Below, piece after piece: positions 52,289-61,815 of a stretch of DNA of 64,000 nucleotides. A program made the position numbers and the translations under genes. Every line of letters begins with the position of its first letter. Position 1 is the first letter of the stretch. Under the pieces are notes generated by a model that had not been told where the DNA came from, ran no database searches, and saw nothing but the letters and a program-made list of their open reading frames with translations. This DNA comes from Acidobacteriota bacterium (GTDB taxonomy: Bacteria; Acidobacteriota; UBA890; WLXD01), in NCBI GenBank assembly GCA_963666055.2, contig CAXWPH010000012.1, positions 192,001 to 256,000 on the forward strand. Direction: 5' to 3'.

Positions 52289-53068
52289 TTATCTAAGCCT
52301 TCGCAGCTCGACCCTGCGAAACTCGACCGGGTGGCTCTCCGACTGTAGCGAGATCGATCCGCCGCTCAGCATGATGCCGCCGGCAGCAAGCTGCCGCGCC
52401 ACCGGGTCGCTTTCGTCCAGCTGCGGCTCCGAGTATTCAATCAGCACGTCGCCATCGATCAGATGCCTGACAAGGGCATTGCCCCGCACCTCGACCTCGA
52501 CCGTGACCCATTGATCGCCGTGGTACGTCTTGGAGATCGAGTTCGTGCAGTGCTGCGTCACCAGCTCGCCGTCCATGACAACGTGGGTGCCAGGTGTGCA
52601 CAGGTTTGCGGTGGGACGCTCCGTGGCTTCGTCGCCCCCCAGCAGTTGCACCTCGATCGACACCGGGAAGTCCGCGTCGCGCTGCATGCTTTCCGCAGGC
52701 TGCCCGTGGATCATGATGCCGCTGTTACGGATCGCCCAGTCTGGCCCCCCCGGAACCTGCTCCCCGACGAACCGGTATTCGACGCGAAGCACGTAGTTCG
52801 AGAACGACTCGGCAAAGAACAGGTGCCCGAAGCGTCCGTCGAAGGTGTCGTAGGCGTCGTAGACCACCTTCAGGATGCCGTTCTCCACCCGAAACGTATC
52901 GCCGAAGTTGTCGCCGAGCTCGTAGCCAGTGATCTTGGGAGTCCACCCAGTCAGGTCCGTACCGTTGAACAGCTGCATCCACTCCTGCGACTCGCCATCA
53001 TCGACCGGGAGCGCTGCAACGCTGGTCATGAGCGCTGCGGCGGCGCCGATCAACTTCCAGTTCTTCAC
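52289..53068 (-). CDS. DUF1080 (3-keto-disaccharide hydrolase-like) secreted protein
   Basis: LFNGTDLTGW, NSGIM, EVQL, LQSESHPVEFR. Confidence 0.9.
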   Translation of the reverse strand: MKNWKLIGAAAALMTSVAALPVDDGESQEWMQLFNGTDLTGWTPKITGYELGDNFGDTFRVENGILKVVYDAYDTFDGRFGHLFFAESFSNYVLRVEYRFVGEQVPGGPDWAIRNSGIMIHGQPAESMQRDADFPVSIEVQLLGGDEATERPTANLCTPGTHVVMDGELVTQHCTNSISKTYHGDQWVTVEVEVRGNALVRHLIDGDVLIEYSEPQLDESDPVARQLAAGGIMLSGGSISLQSESHPVEFRRVELRRLR

Positions 53069-53136
53069 GTCTGCCTCCCTGCTGCGACAGGGTCTATTTG
53101 CGACAATACGGCGACCGAGGCGATCACACTGTAGTG

Positions 53137-54420
53137 CTACGGAGCGCGATATGACTCCGGCGCAGACCGCACGCGTAGGCGCATCAGCCACCAGGTGGCT
53201 CCAAGGCCGATCAGCGACGCGGCGGCGATGTAGGCGAAGAATAGCTGATAGGCGACTTGGTCAGGGTACGTTCTGATCAGGTAGCTGCTGACCTGCGGAA
53301 TGTAGATGTCCGAGGAGTAACCCACGATGGAAATGAACCCGATGGCGGTGCCGGTGAGATAGGTGGGAATGGGGCAGTCGTGCAACACCGCCCAGATCAG
53401 ACCCCGGACAGCGTAGACGAGGCTGCCGAACGGCACGACCAGCGCCCACAAGATCCAGGCTGCGTCGGGGCTCGTGTTCATCGTCGCCAGGAACACGCAG
53501 ATCGCCGCGCCGGCGACGAACAGCCACAGCAACGCCCGCGGGTTGGTTACCCGGTCGCCGACGACGCCACCGAATACGCCGCCGATCGGCCGCATCCACA
53601 CTCGCACCGTTCCGAGCGCCAGGGTCGCAGCCACCGTCATCCCGAACCCGGCACGCTCGCCGAAGCTCGGGAACTCGATGGCTGCCCAGAACAGGTGGAA
53701 GACCGCTGTCAACATGATGCACATCAGCCACACCGTTGGCTCACGGACGATCAGCAACACCTCCGACAGCTTGAAGCCGGCGGGCTCCTCGGCGACCGCA
53801 TCAGCGGAAGCCGTGCCGAACAGCATCCACAGTCCGATCCCGGCCGACAGCACCGCGTAGAAGCCGAACACCGCGGACATGCCCAGCGTCTGTGTGGCAA
53901 ACCAGCTGAACAGCACCGAGGCGATGGTCATGATGATCGCCTCGAGCAGCCCACGGGAGCCCTCCAGTAACCCGAACAGTCGCCCTTGCTCGTCGGCGCT
54001 GCCAAGCAATCGAACCTGCTTGAGCATCGCCGACCACAGGATTAGCACGCCGATGACACCCCACGCCGCATAGATCACCAGCAGCGACCGGTAGCCGGGG
54101 ATGGTGGCGACCCAAAAGAACGTCACCGCGCCGGTCAGCAGCGAGATAATCACCAGCCGCCGCGGCGCCACCTTGTCGGCCAGCCAGCCCCCCGGCAGGT
54201 AGCAGATCACACACGCCACCGCGTAGGTCGAGCTCAGGTTGCCCAACTGCGCCTCGGTAAGCTGGAAGACCTCCATCAGCGGCGACCTGAACAGCTGCCG
54301 AAGGTAGGGGGCGCTGTAGATAAACGACGCCGCCAGCGACAGCAACAGCACCTGAAGGTACTTGAGCGTCCGGGCGCTGTGGATGCGGTCGGCGGACTGA
54401 TCCGCGGGCTTAGATTCCAT
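53137..54420 (-). CDS. MFS transporter
   Basis: 12 TM; GGWLADK motif A; TGTAIGFISIVGY. Confidence 0.9.
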   Translation of the reverse strand: MESKPADQSADRIHSARTLKYLQVLLLSLAASFIYSAPYLRQLFRSPLMEVFQLTEAQLGNLSSTYAVACVICYLPGGWLADKVAPRRLVIISLLTGAVTFFWVATIPGYRSLLVIYAAWGVIGVLILWSAMLKQVRLLGSADEQGRLFGLLEGSRGLLEAIIMTIASVLFSWFATQTLGMSAVFGFYAVLSAGIGLWMLFGTASADAVAEEPAGFKLSEVLLIVREPTVWLMCIMLTAVFHLFWAAIEFPSFGERAGFGMTVAATLALGTVRVWMRPIGGVFGGVVGDRVTNPRALLWLFVAGAAICVFLATMNTSPDAAWILWALVVPFGSLVYAVRGLIWAVLHDCPIPTYLTGTAIGFISIVGYSSDIYIPQVSSYLIRTYPDQVAYQLFFAYIAAASLIGLGATWWLMRLRVRSAPESYRAP

Positions 54421-54552
54421 GGTTCTAATTGAGTGGCTCCGGGTTACCGACCACAAAGGTCTTGGCGTCGACGATCTTCATGGGCAGATCGTCTCGTGCG
54501 CCTTCCTTAGAGCCGGCTCACGACCAGACGGTCGCTTACCGCGGTCGTTGAA

Positions 54553-56001
54553 CTAGTACCTGGCCTTCTCGGCATAGAAACCGTTGATCACCTTCGTCTC
54601 GAGAAACTCCTCGAGCCCGTGCCCTCCCCATTCGCGGCCGTTGCCCGACTGCTTGTAGCCGCCGAACGGGGAGTCGTAGTCCTGCGCGTTGCCGTTGAGG
54701 TACACGCTTCCGGCCTTGAGCCGCCGGGCGACCCGACGAGCACGCTCCCAGTCCTGCGTGTGAACGTAGGCGCCGAGACCGTACGGCGTATCGTTGGCGA
54801 TGTGGATCGCCTCCTCCTCGTCGGCGAACGGGATCACGCAGAGCACCGGGCCGAAGATCTCTTCCCGGGCGATGGTCATCTGGTTGTTGACGCCCACGAA
54901 GATCGTCGGCTTGACGAAGTACCCGGTGTCGTAGCCGTCTGGCTTGCCTGGACCGCCCAGCACCAACTCTGCCCCCTCGTCGAGTCCGGTGTTGATCAAG
55001 CGCTGCACCTTGTCGAACTGTGTCTTGGACACCAGCGGTCCAATGTGGGACCCACTCTCGGTGGGGTCGCCAACCTCGACGCCCTCGCCTACTCGAACTG
55101 CGGTCTGCACCGCCTGCTCATAGACGCTCTCGTGAACCAGCATGCGAGTCGGGGCGTTGCACGACTGCCCGGTGTTCTCGAAGCAGTGCAGCACGCCCTT
55201 GCGCACCGCCCCCTCGAGGTCGGCGTCCTCGAAGATCACGTTGGGCGACTTACCGCCGAGCTCCTGTAGCACCCGCTTGACGCTGTCGGCAGCGGCCTTG
55301 GCGACGGCGGTCCCGGCGCGCGTCGAACCGGTGAGCGACACCAGGTCGACATCGGGATGCTCGGCAAGCCGGGCACCCACTACCGGACCCTCCCCGTGCA
55401 CCATGTTGAACACGCCGGGCGGCACGCCGACCTCATCGACGAACTCGGCAAACAAATGCGCTGACAGCGGTGACAGCTCACTGGGCTTGAGCACCATCGT
55501 GCAACCGGCCAGCAGCGCCGGCGCCACCTTGCAGGCCAGCTGGTTGATCGGCCAGTTCCAGGGAATGATCAATCCACAAACGCCGATCGGCTCGAGCACG
55601 ACGTTGCCGCTGCGCCCGGACTTGTGCTCCAGCGACAAATCCTGCAGGGCGGCAATCGTAGCCTCGAAGTGTCCCGGGCCGCAGGCTGCCTGCGACCGGT
55701 AGCTCAGGTCATGCGGCGACCCCATCTCGGCGATGATGGCGTCGACCATCTCGTCGTACCGACGCTTGAACACCGCGACGATCTGCTCGGCGAGCTCGAC
55801 TCGCTCTGCCACCGAGCTGGTCGAGTAGCTCTCGAAGGCCACTCGGGCTGCTGTGACGGCACGGTCGATGTCCGCCGCGCTCCCCATGTAGATCTCGGCA
55901 ATCGTCTCTTCGGTGGCGGGATTGATCACCGGGGCGGTCACTGCGTCACCCTCAGGTGTCGTCCACTGCCCGTCGATGTAGAAGCCCAGAGGCTCACCCA
56001 T
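54553..56001 (-). CDS. Aldehyde dehydrogenase family protein
   Basis: PWNWP, KPSE, TGS, ELGGKSP, GQSC, EEIFGPV, PFGGYKQSG. Confidence 0.95.
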   Translation of the reverse strand: MGEPLGFYIDGQWTTPEGDAVTAPVINPATEETIAEIYMGSAADIDRAVTAARVAFESYSTSSVAERVELAEQIVAVFKRRYDEMVDAIIAEMGSPHDLSYRSQAACGPGHFEATIAALQDLSLEHKSGRSGNVVLEPIGVCGLIIPWNWPINQLACKVAPALLAGCTMVLKPSELSPLSAHLFAEFVDEVGVPPGVFNMVHGEGPVVGARLAEHPDVDLVSLTGSTRAGTAVAKAAADSVKRVLQELGGKSPNVIFEDADLEGAVRKGVLHCFENTGQSCNAPTRMLVHESVYEQAVQTAVRVGEGVEVGDPTESGSHIGPLVSKTQFDKVQRLINTGLDEGAELVLGGPGKPDGYDTGYFVKPTIFVGVNNQMTIAREEIFGPVLCVIPFADEEEAIHIANDTPYGLGAYVHTQDWERARRVARRLKAGSVYLNGNAQDYDSPFGGYKQSGNGREWGGHGLEEFLETKVINGFYAEKARY

Positions 56002-56057
56002 CAGCGTTTCTCCACTTGTTCAGAACCAGATAGGCAACCTATAGCACACTCCGACGC

Positions 56058-56087
56058 GACCGCCACACTTCCACCACGGCCTGCTAG
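56058..56087. repeat. Isolated right end of the MITE-like element (copy 3 subtype)
   Basis: GACCGCCACACTTCCACCACGGCCTGCTAG vs copy 3 end GACCCACCACACTTTCACCACGGCCTGCTAG. Confidence 0.7.
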
Positions 56088-56129
56088 TGTCGTGTAACAG
56101 AGGTTTAGCTGCTACCCGTGGAGAACATC

Positions 56130-56600
56130 ATGCCAAGACATATCCTGGCGATCTTCGCCGGTGCGCTGTGCACCGCCCTCGCTTGCGTTGGCTCCGTTCA
56201 TGCCCAGTTCCCCAACCCGTTGAACGCCTTGAACGCCGGCACGGTGAGCGCACTCTTCGACGGCCGGAGTTTCTCTACGAACCCCAGCTTCGCCATGATG
56301 GACGGCGACAAGCTAATCATCACCAGCCTCAGCAACGTTGTGCAGATCCAGGTGGAAAATGCCGCCGTGGATGACTTCGAGATCCAGCTGAACGCCAACG
56401 GGAGTGCCGGCGACACGATGCTCGCCTTCCAGCCACAGAACGGCGTCTACATCGTTGCGATTGCCGGTACGTTCACCATCGACACCCTGACGAGCAGCGG
56501 GGTCAGCGGGAGCTTCGAGCTCACCGGCAGCAACGAGAACACCGAAGAGACCTTGCAGATCACCGCCGGTAGCTTCGAAGTCAAGTTCATCGGCGGGTGA
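56130..56600 (+). CDS. Secreted hypothetical protein
   Basis: GGAGA RBS; signal peptide; beta-strand-rich (GTFTI..VSGSFE..ITAGSF). Confidence 0.75.
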   Translation: MPRHILAIFAGALCTALACVGSVHAQFPNPLNALNAGTVSALFDGRSFSTNPSFAMMDGDKLIITSLSNVVQIQVENAAVDDFEIQLNANGSAGDTMLAFQPQNGVYIVAIAGTFTIDTLTSSGVSGSFELTGSNENTEETLQITAGSFEVKFIGG

Positions 56601-56713
56601 ATCGGGACGGGAAGACGCTCGCCGGGCCCGATCGCGCCCGAGCCCATCATGTCCGTCCGTTGGCGAGCCACCTGCGCCTGTGTTTCGGAGCGCTCCTAGC
56701 CTGAGGAGTTGCG

Positions 56714-58003
56714 GTGGACAATCGCAAGACCATCGCCTTCTTTCCCGAGGCTGCTTTCGGACCTGCGCTGAACTCGGTGGGCATTGCCCAACAGTGCCGC
56801 GAGCTCGGGCACCGTGCGGTGTTCCTGTGCGATCCGGGGTTCGCCGGTGTGTTCGAAGGCTACGGCTTCGAGGAACGGACGATCAACATGTCCAAGCCCA
56901 TGGCGACGGAGGAGATGACGCGCTACTGGTCCGATTTCATCAACGGTCAACTTCCGAACTTCGGAAAGTCGCCGTACGACCAGATCGACAACTATGTGAA
57001 GGACTGCTGGGCGGCAATCGTCGATACGGCAATTTGGGCCGAAAAGGAGTTACCCATGGCCCTCGGCGAGCTGCGGCCCGACCTCGTGTGCGTCGACAAC
57101 GTCATCCTCTTCCCAGCCATCAAGCGCTTCGCTGCGCCGTGGGTGCGCATTATCTCGTGTAGTGAAAACGAGATTCCGGATCCGGACTTGCCACCGCACC
57201 TGTCGGGATGCGGCGCGTCCGACCGGGAGTGTGCGGCACGCTACACGAAGCGTTTCAACGACGTCATCGCTCCGATCCACCGACGCTTCAACGCCTTCCT
57301 GCACGAGTGTGGCGAAAAGCCCTATGCGCTCGGCGAGTTCTTCGAGCCATCGCCGTTCCTGAACCTGTTGCTTTACCCCGAGGCGGTGAGGTTCGTGCGG
57401 CGTGTTCCGCTTGATCCGCTGCGGTTCCAGTATTTGGAGGGCTGCGTCCGGCAGGAGGAAGGCTATGACATGCCGGTGTTCGAGGCCCACAACGAGGGAC
57501 CGCTGGTGTACGTCAGCTTCGGCAGCCTCGGCGCCGGCGATACCGCGCTACTGGAACGCATCATCGGCGTTCTCGGCAAGCTACCGTATCGGGCGCTGGT
57601 CAACGTCGGTGACTACCTTGAGCGCTCCGAAGCTCCGCCGCCGAACGTGCGCCTGGCGTCGTGGTTTCCGCAGCCGTCGGTGATCGCGCAGGCCGACGTG
57701 GTCATCCACCATGGTGGCAACAACAGCTTCACGGAGTGCCTGTACTTCGGCAAGCCAGCGCTCGTTCTCCCCTTCGTGTGGGACGGTCACGACAACGCCA
57801 CTCGCGTCCAGGAAACCGGACACGGCCTCAAAATGCATCGATCGGAATGGACCGATGTCGAGCTCGCAGCAGCCCTGACGACGCTGCTGGACGATCAGCC
57901 CATGCGCACCAGACTGATGACCGCCAGCGCACAGATGCGGGCACAGAACGGCCCGAGGCGCGCTGCCGAGCTGCTCGAGACGCTGCTACGAGCGAGCCCC
58001 TAG
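56714..58003 (+). CDS. Glycosyltransferase family 1 (MGT/UGT-like)
   Basis: YVSFGSLG, WFPQ, HHGGNNSFTE, DGHDNA; GAGGAG RBS. Confidence 0.9.
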   Translation: MDNRKTIAFFPEAAFGPALNSVGIAQQCRELGHRAVFLCDPGFAGVFEGYGFEERTINMSKPMATEEMTRYWSDFINGQLPNFGKSPYDQIDNYVKDCWAAIVDTAIWAEKELPMALGELRPDLVCVDNVILFPAIKRFAAPWVRIISCSENEIPDPDLPPHLSGCGASDRECAARYTKRFNDVIAPIHRRFNAFLHECGEKPYALGEFFEPSPFLNLLLYPEAVRFVRRVPLDPLRFQYLEGCVRQEEGYDMPVFEAHNEGPLVYVSFGSLGAGDTALLERIIGVLGKLPYRALVNVGDYLERSEAPPPNVRLASWFPQPSVIAQADVVIHHGGNNSFTECLYFGKPALVLPFVWDGHDNATRVQETGHGLKMHRSEWTDVELAAALTTLLDDQPMRTRLMTASAQMRAQNGPRRAAELLETLLRASP

Positions 58004-59509
58004 CTCTTCCTTACGCTTGGTGACATAGGCGCAGAGCTCCTCGTCGATCGCCGAATCCAGCGGCGGCTGTTCGTACTCTTGCAACAGCTGCTTCCAGATG
58101 CCGTTGGCGCGGGCGCGCGTAGCGACGGACCCGGCCTCCTCCCAGGTCTCGTAGTTGCGCCAGTCGGAAAGCATCGGTGAGTAGAAGGCGGTCTCGTAGC
58201 GCTCCAAGGTGTGCGGGGAGCCGAAGAAATGTCCCCCTGGGCCGACTTCCCGTATCGCGTCGAACGCCAGCGTGTCCTCGTTGACCTCGATCGGGCGGAG
58301 GTACTCCGCCAACATCTGCAACATCTCGGCGTCGATGATCAGCTTCTCGAACGAGGCCGTCAGCCCGCCCTCGATCCAACCGGCGGCGTGCTCCACCAGG
58401 TTCGTGTGCGCCAAGACGGCGCCCCATAGCGACATCGAGCTCTCGTACACCGCCTGCTCGTCGACGGTAGGCGACGCGGTGGTGTTGCTGGAGCGGAACG
58501 GCAGGTTGTGGCGGCGCGCCAGCTGACCGCTGGCGTGCGCTGCCTTGGTGTACTCGGGTGTGCCGAAGGCCGGAGAGCCCGAGCGCATGTCGACGTTCGA
58601 GGTGAAGGCTCCATACACCGACGGCGTCCCCGGATTGACGATCTGTGTGAAGGCGATACCCATCAGCGCCTCGGCGTTCTGCAGCGTCATCGTACCGGCA
58701 AGCGTTGCCGGCCCCATGGCTCCGGCCAGCGAGAACGGTGTGACACAGACCGACTGCCCAGCCCGCGCCATCGCGATGGTGCCCTCGGCCATCGGAATGT
58801 CGAACTGCAGCGGTGTGTTGGTGTTGATGATCGACAGCAGCGCCGGACGCCGCATCAGCCCTGCACGGTCAACACCGAGGCCGATGCACGCCATCTCAAT
58901 AGCGTCCTCGGCGCGCTCCCGGCCAAGCGCCTGTGGCTGCCAAGTCTTGTCGAGCAGCCGGGCCTGCGCCAGGTACAGATCGAGGTGACGCGTTTCTGGG
59001 TGTAGATCCATCGCCTCGAACGGGCCACCGCCCTCCTGGTGAACGATGTTGAGGCTCTGGACGAGGCGCAGATAGTCGCACTGCTCCTCGTAAGTACCGG
59101 TGCGGCGGCCGCCATCCAGGTCGTTGCAAAATGCCGGGCCGCCGACGGAGGTAAACACGATGTTGCGGCCGCCGATCTTGACGTGACGATCGGGGTTGCG
59201 GGCGTGGAGAATGAACTCCGACGGCGCCAGCTTCACCTTCTCTTCGATGAACGCCGGATCAAAACGCACCATCTGGGCCGCCTCGTCGACGTCTGCTCCA
59301 GCCTCGCAAAGCAGGCTGCGAGCTTCGCCCTGAAGCACGCGGACGCCGATTTCCTGGAGCAACCTCAGCGATGCAAGGTGGATGGCCTCCACCTGATCGT
59401 CGCTGAGCACCTCCATCGGCGCATACGGGTTGACCACCTCGCGCCACGGCAGCTGACGCACACCAACCTGGGAACGCCGCTTCCGAGCCCGGCCCCTCCG
59501 TCTCGCCAT
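57986..59509 (-). CDS. Trimethylamine methyltransferase (MttB) superfamily protein, non-pyrrolysine
   Basis: GAMGPATLAG, DMRSGSPAFGTPE, HAAGWIEGGL, GPGGHF; no in-frame TAG. Confidence 0.92.
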   Translation of the reverse strand: MARRRGRARKRRSQVGVRQLPWREVVNPYAPMEVLSDDQVEAIHLASLRLLQEIGVRVLQGEARSLLCEAGADVDEAAQMVRFDPAFIEEKVKLAPSEFILHARNPDRHVKIGGRNIVFTSVGGPAFCNDLDGGRRTGTYEEQCDYLRLVQSLNIVHQEGGGPFEAMDLHPETRHLDLYLAQARLLDKTWQPQALGRERAEDAIEMACIGLGVDRAGLMRRPALLSIINTNTPLQFDIPMAEGTIAMARAGQSVCVTPFSLAGAMGPATLAGTMTLQNAEALMGIAFTQIVNPGTPSVYGAFTSNVDMRSGSPAFGTPEYTKAAHASGQLARRHNLPFRSSNTTASPTVDEQAVYESSMSLWGAVLAHTNLVEHAAGWIEGGLTASFEKLIIDAEMLQMLAEYLRPIEVNEDTLAFDAIREVGPGGHFFGSPHTLERYETAFYSPMLSDWRNYETWEEAGSVATRARANGIWKQLLQEYEQPPLDSAIDEELCAYVTKRKEELGARS

Positions 59510-59760
59510 CAACCACTCCACTCTTCGGTACTTTGGATCGCCTGCCATTCTACCAAGTCGATCTAACGTAATTGTTTGTAACAAGTTGTCTCAGTTGCCG
59601 CAGCCTGAAACATTGCATCGTACTCGCCGGCGCGATTGGTATTAGACTGCCCGACTGCAGTTTTCCCGCGTCGGGCCGACTCCCCTGTGCGCTTCTCATC
59701 GCGCCCGGTCGTTGTTCACAATCGACCGTGGGTAGTTGTGGGCGAGTGAGCCTCGAGCGC

Positions 59761-60037
59761 TAGCAGGCCGTGGTGAAAGTGTGGTGGGTCTGGCGACAGG
59801 GTCTTGCGAAGTGGAGGCAAGGAGAGAGGAGGAGGCGATGGGTACCCCATCGTTGACAAGGAACGACGCAGCATGCGCGCGCAACCCCCTGTCGCCCGAA
59901 GGGTTACGACGATTTGGGGCCATCTGTAGCGTTGGCCTTCCTCGACGATGGCTAGGGCATCGCCTGTGTCAGGCTGCCTTCCATCTGGCCCCAACTCGCC
60001 GTAACCAGACCCACCACACTTTCACCACGGCCTGCTA
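59761..60037. mobile_element. MITE-like element, copy 3 (277 bp, diverged subtype)
   Basis: Perfect 34-bp inverted repeat 59760-59793/60005-60038. Same length and scaffold as copy 1 (GGGTCTGGCG, GGGTTAC, GTAACCAGACCCACC), with two inner hairpins. Confidence 0.85.
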
Positions 60038-60052
60038 GGAGCGACTCCGCGA

Positions 60053-60304
60053 GTGAGCCTTACGACCGGCGATCAAAGCCGCTACCGAGAATTCCGCTCG
60101 CACTATTTGCCGCGTACCGCCAAGGGGCGCGGTGCCGTGTTGCTCTACATCGGCGCGTTCGCGTTCGCCGAGTGGCCGCTGCTACCGCTGGCAAATCGAA
60201 TCGAACCGACAGTACTAGGGTTCCCGTTCTTGTTCGCTTATCTGTCGGTTGTCTATGCCGCCAAGTTGGCAGTGCTGATCTACGCGGCACGTCAACAACT
60301 GTGA
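60053..60304 (+). CDS. Small 2-TM accessory protein of a solute symporter (DUF3311-like)
   Basis: NRIEPTVLGFPF motif; directly upstream of the SSS gene. Confidence 0.75.
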   Translation: MSLTTGDQSRYREFRSHYLPRTAKGRGAVLLYIGAFAFAEWPLLPLANRIEPTVLGFPFLFAYLSVVYAAKLAVLIYAARQQL

Positions 60305-60321
60305 GCCGAGGGGGCTGAGCG

Positions 60322-61812
60322 GTGGAACCGTGGGTAGTGGCGCTGTCGATGATCGGCGTCTACCTGGTGATGACGTTGCTGTTGGGCGTGGTTGCCAACC
60401 GACGCCTCGAGGTGAACCTCGAGGACTTCCTGCTCTGCGGTCGTCGCGCCGGTTTCTTCGTCCTCTACCTCACGATGGTCGCCACCTACCATAGCGCCTT
60501 CGCGTTTCTAGGCAGCAGCGGCTTCTTCTATACGCATGGGATCGGATTCTGGGTTGCGGGTACCTGGACCCTGATGGCGGGCGCGATCACCTACGTACTG
60601 GGTCCTCGGATCTGGGCTCTGGGGAAGAAGTTCAATTACATGACTCCCGCAGACATGTTGGCCGACTACTACGAAAGCGAGCCGGTGCGGGTGGTGGTGG
60701 CGGCGGTATCAGTCGTCTTCACGATTCTGTACATCCAGGTTCAAGCCCAGGGACTCGGCTACATCATCAGCGCTGCCTCCGGCGATCGGGTCTCGTTTGA
60801 GGTCGCCACTGCGGTGTTGCTGATCGTGGCCGCGACCTACCTCATGGCCGGTGGCCTGCGCGCCGTCTACTGGACCGATGTGTTGCAAGGCGTCTGGATG
60901 TATGTCGCGGTCTGGGCCGGAGCGATTTACCTCTCCTACGAGTTGTTCGGCGGGCCGCTGCAGCTGCTCGATGCAGTCAGGGAGCAGCGACCCGACCTGA
61001 TGACCATCCCGGGCCCACGCGACTTCTTCACCTATCCGATGTGGTTCGGGATGATGATCGCGTTGTCGTTCGGGGTCGTCCTTCAGCCGCACATCCTGAT
61101 CCGTTACTACACCGCGGTTGACGCGCGGACGTTGAAATGGCTGGGCGCCACGATCCCGATCTTCTTGCTCACCTTGTTCATCCCCACCGCGTTCGTCGGT
61201 TTGGGCGGCGCGTTGGCGATGCCGGGCATTGCCATCCCGGACCGGATCTTCCCGGAGTTGCTGTTTGCCTACGCGCCGGCCTGGTTAACCGGGCTGATCC
61301 TGGCCGGGGCCACGGCCGCGGCGATGTCGACGCTCGACTCGATACTTCACGCCAACTCGGCGGTTCTTACACGCGATATCTATCAGCGCTACGTACGCCC
61401 TGACGCCGATGTGGGCCACTACGTCACCGTGAGCCGAGTGTTCATTGTCGGGTTCCTGGTAATCGGCTACATCCTCAGCGTCTACACGTTCGAGTACCTG
61501 GTGATCCTGGTGACGCTTTCGGGCGCCGGGGCGTTGCAGCTCTTGCCGGCAGTGCTCGGCGTCACCTTCCCGGCGCGCATCCGACTCACTGCGACCGGCG
61601 TGCTCGCAGGCATCGGGGTCGGCCTGGCAGTGCTGTTCCTCACCCTGGTCGTCTGGCCCCACCCACTGACCCTCCACGGTGGGGTGTGGGCGCTGCTGGC
61701 GAACGGCCTGATAGCGCTCTTGGTATCGCCCCTGAGCCAGGCCCCGTCCGCTGCCACCGTCAACCGGATACACGGCGCAATCGAAGAGCTTGTCTACGGT
61801 GCCGGCGAGTAA
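60322..61812 (+). CDS. Sodium:solute symporter family protein
   Basis: SAFAFLG, GGLRAVYWTDVLQG, AAAMSTLDS, TRDIY. Confidence 0.92.
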   Translation: MEPWVVALSMIGVYLVMTLLLGVVANRRLEVNLEDFLLCGRRAGFFVLYLTMVATYHSAFAFLGSSGFFYTHGIGFWVAGTWTLMAGAITYVLGPRIWALGKKFNYMTPADMLADYYESEPVRVVVAAVSVVFTILYIQVQAQGLGYIISAASGDRVSFEVATAVLLIVAATYLMAGGLRAVYWTDVLQGVWMYVAVWAGAIYLSYELFGGPLQLLDAVREQRPDLMTIPGPRDFFTYPMWFGMMIALSFGVVLQPHILIRYYTAVDARTLKWLGATIPIFLLTLFIPTAFVGLGGALAMPGIAIPDRIFPELLFAYAPAWLTGLILAGATAAAMSTLDSILHANSAVLTRDIYQRYVRPDADVGHYVTVSRVFIVGFLVIGYILSVYTFEYLVILVTLSGAGALQLLPAVLGVTFPARIRLTATGVLAGIGVGLAVLFLTLVVWPHPLTLHGGVWALLANGLIALLVSPLSQAPSAATVNRIHGAIEELVYGAGE

Positions 61813-61815
61813 GTC

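Noticed and set aside
57986-59509. Possible pyrrolysine in the MttB homologue
   Set aside because: The ORF is continuous with no in-frame TAG.
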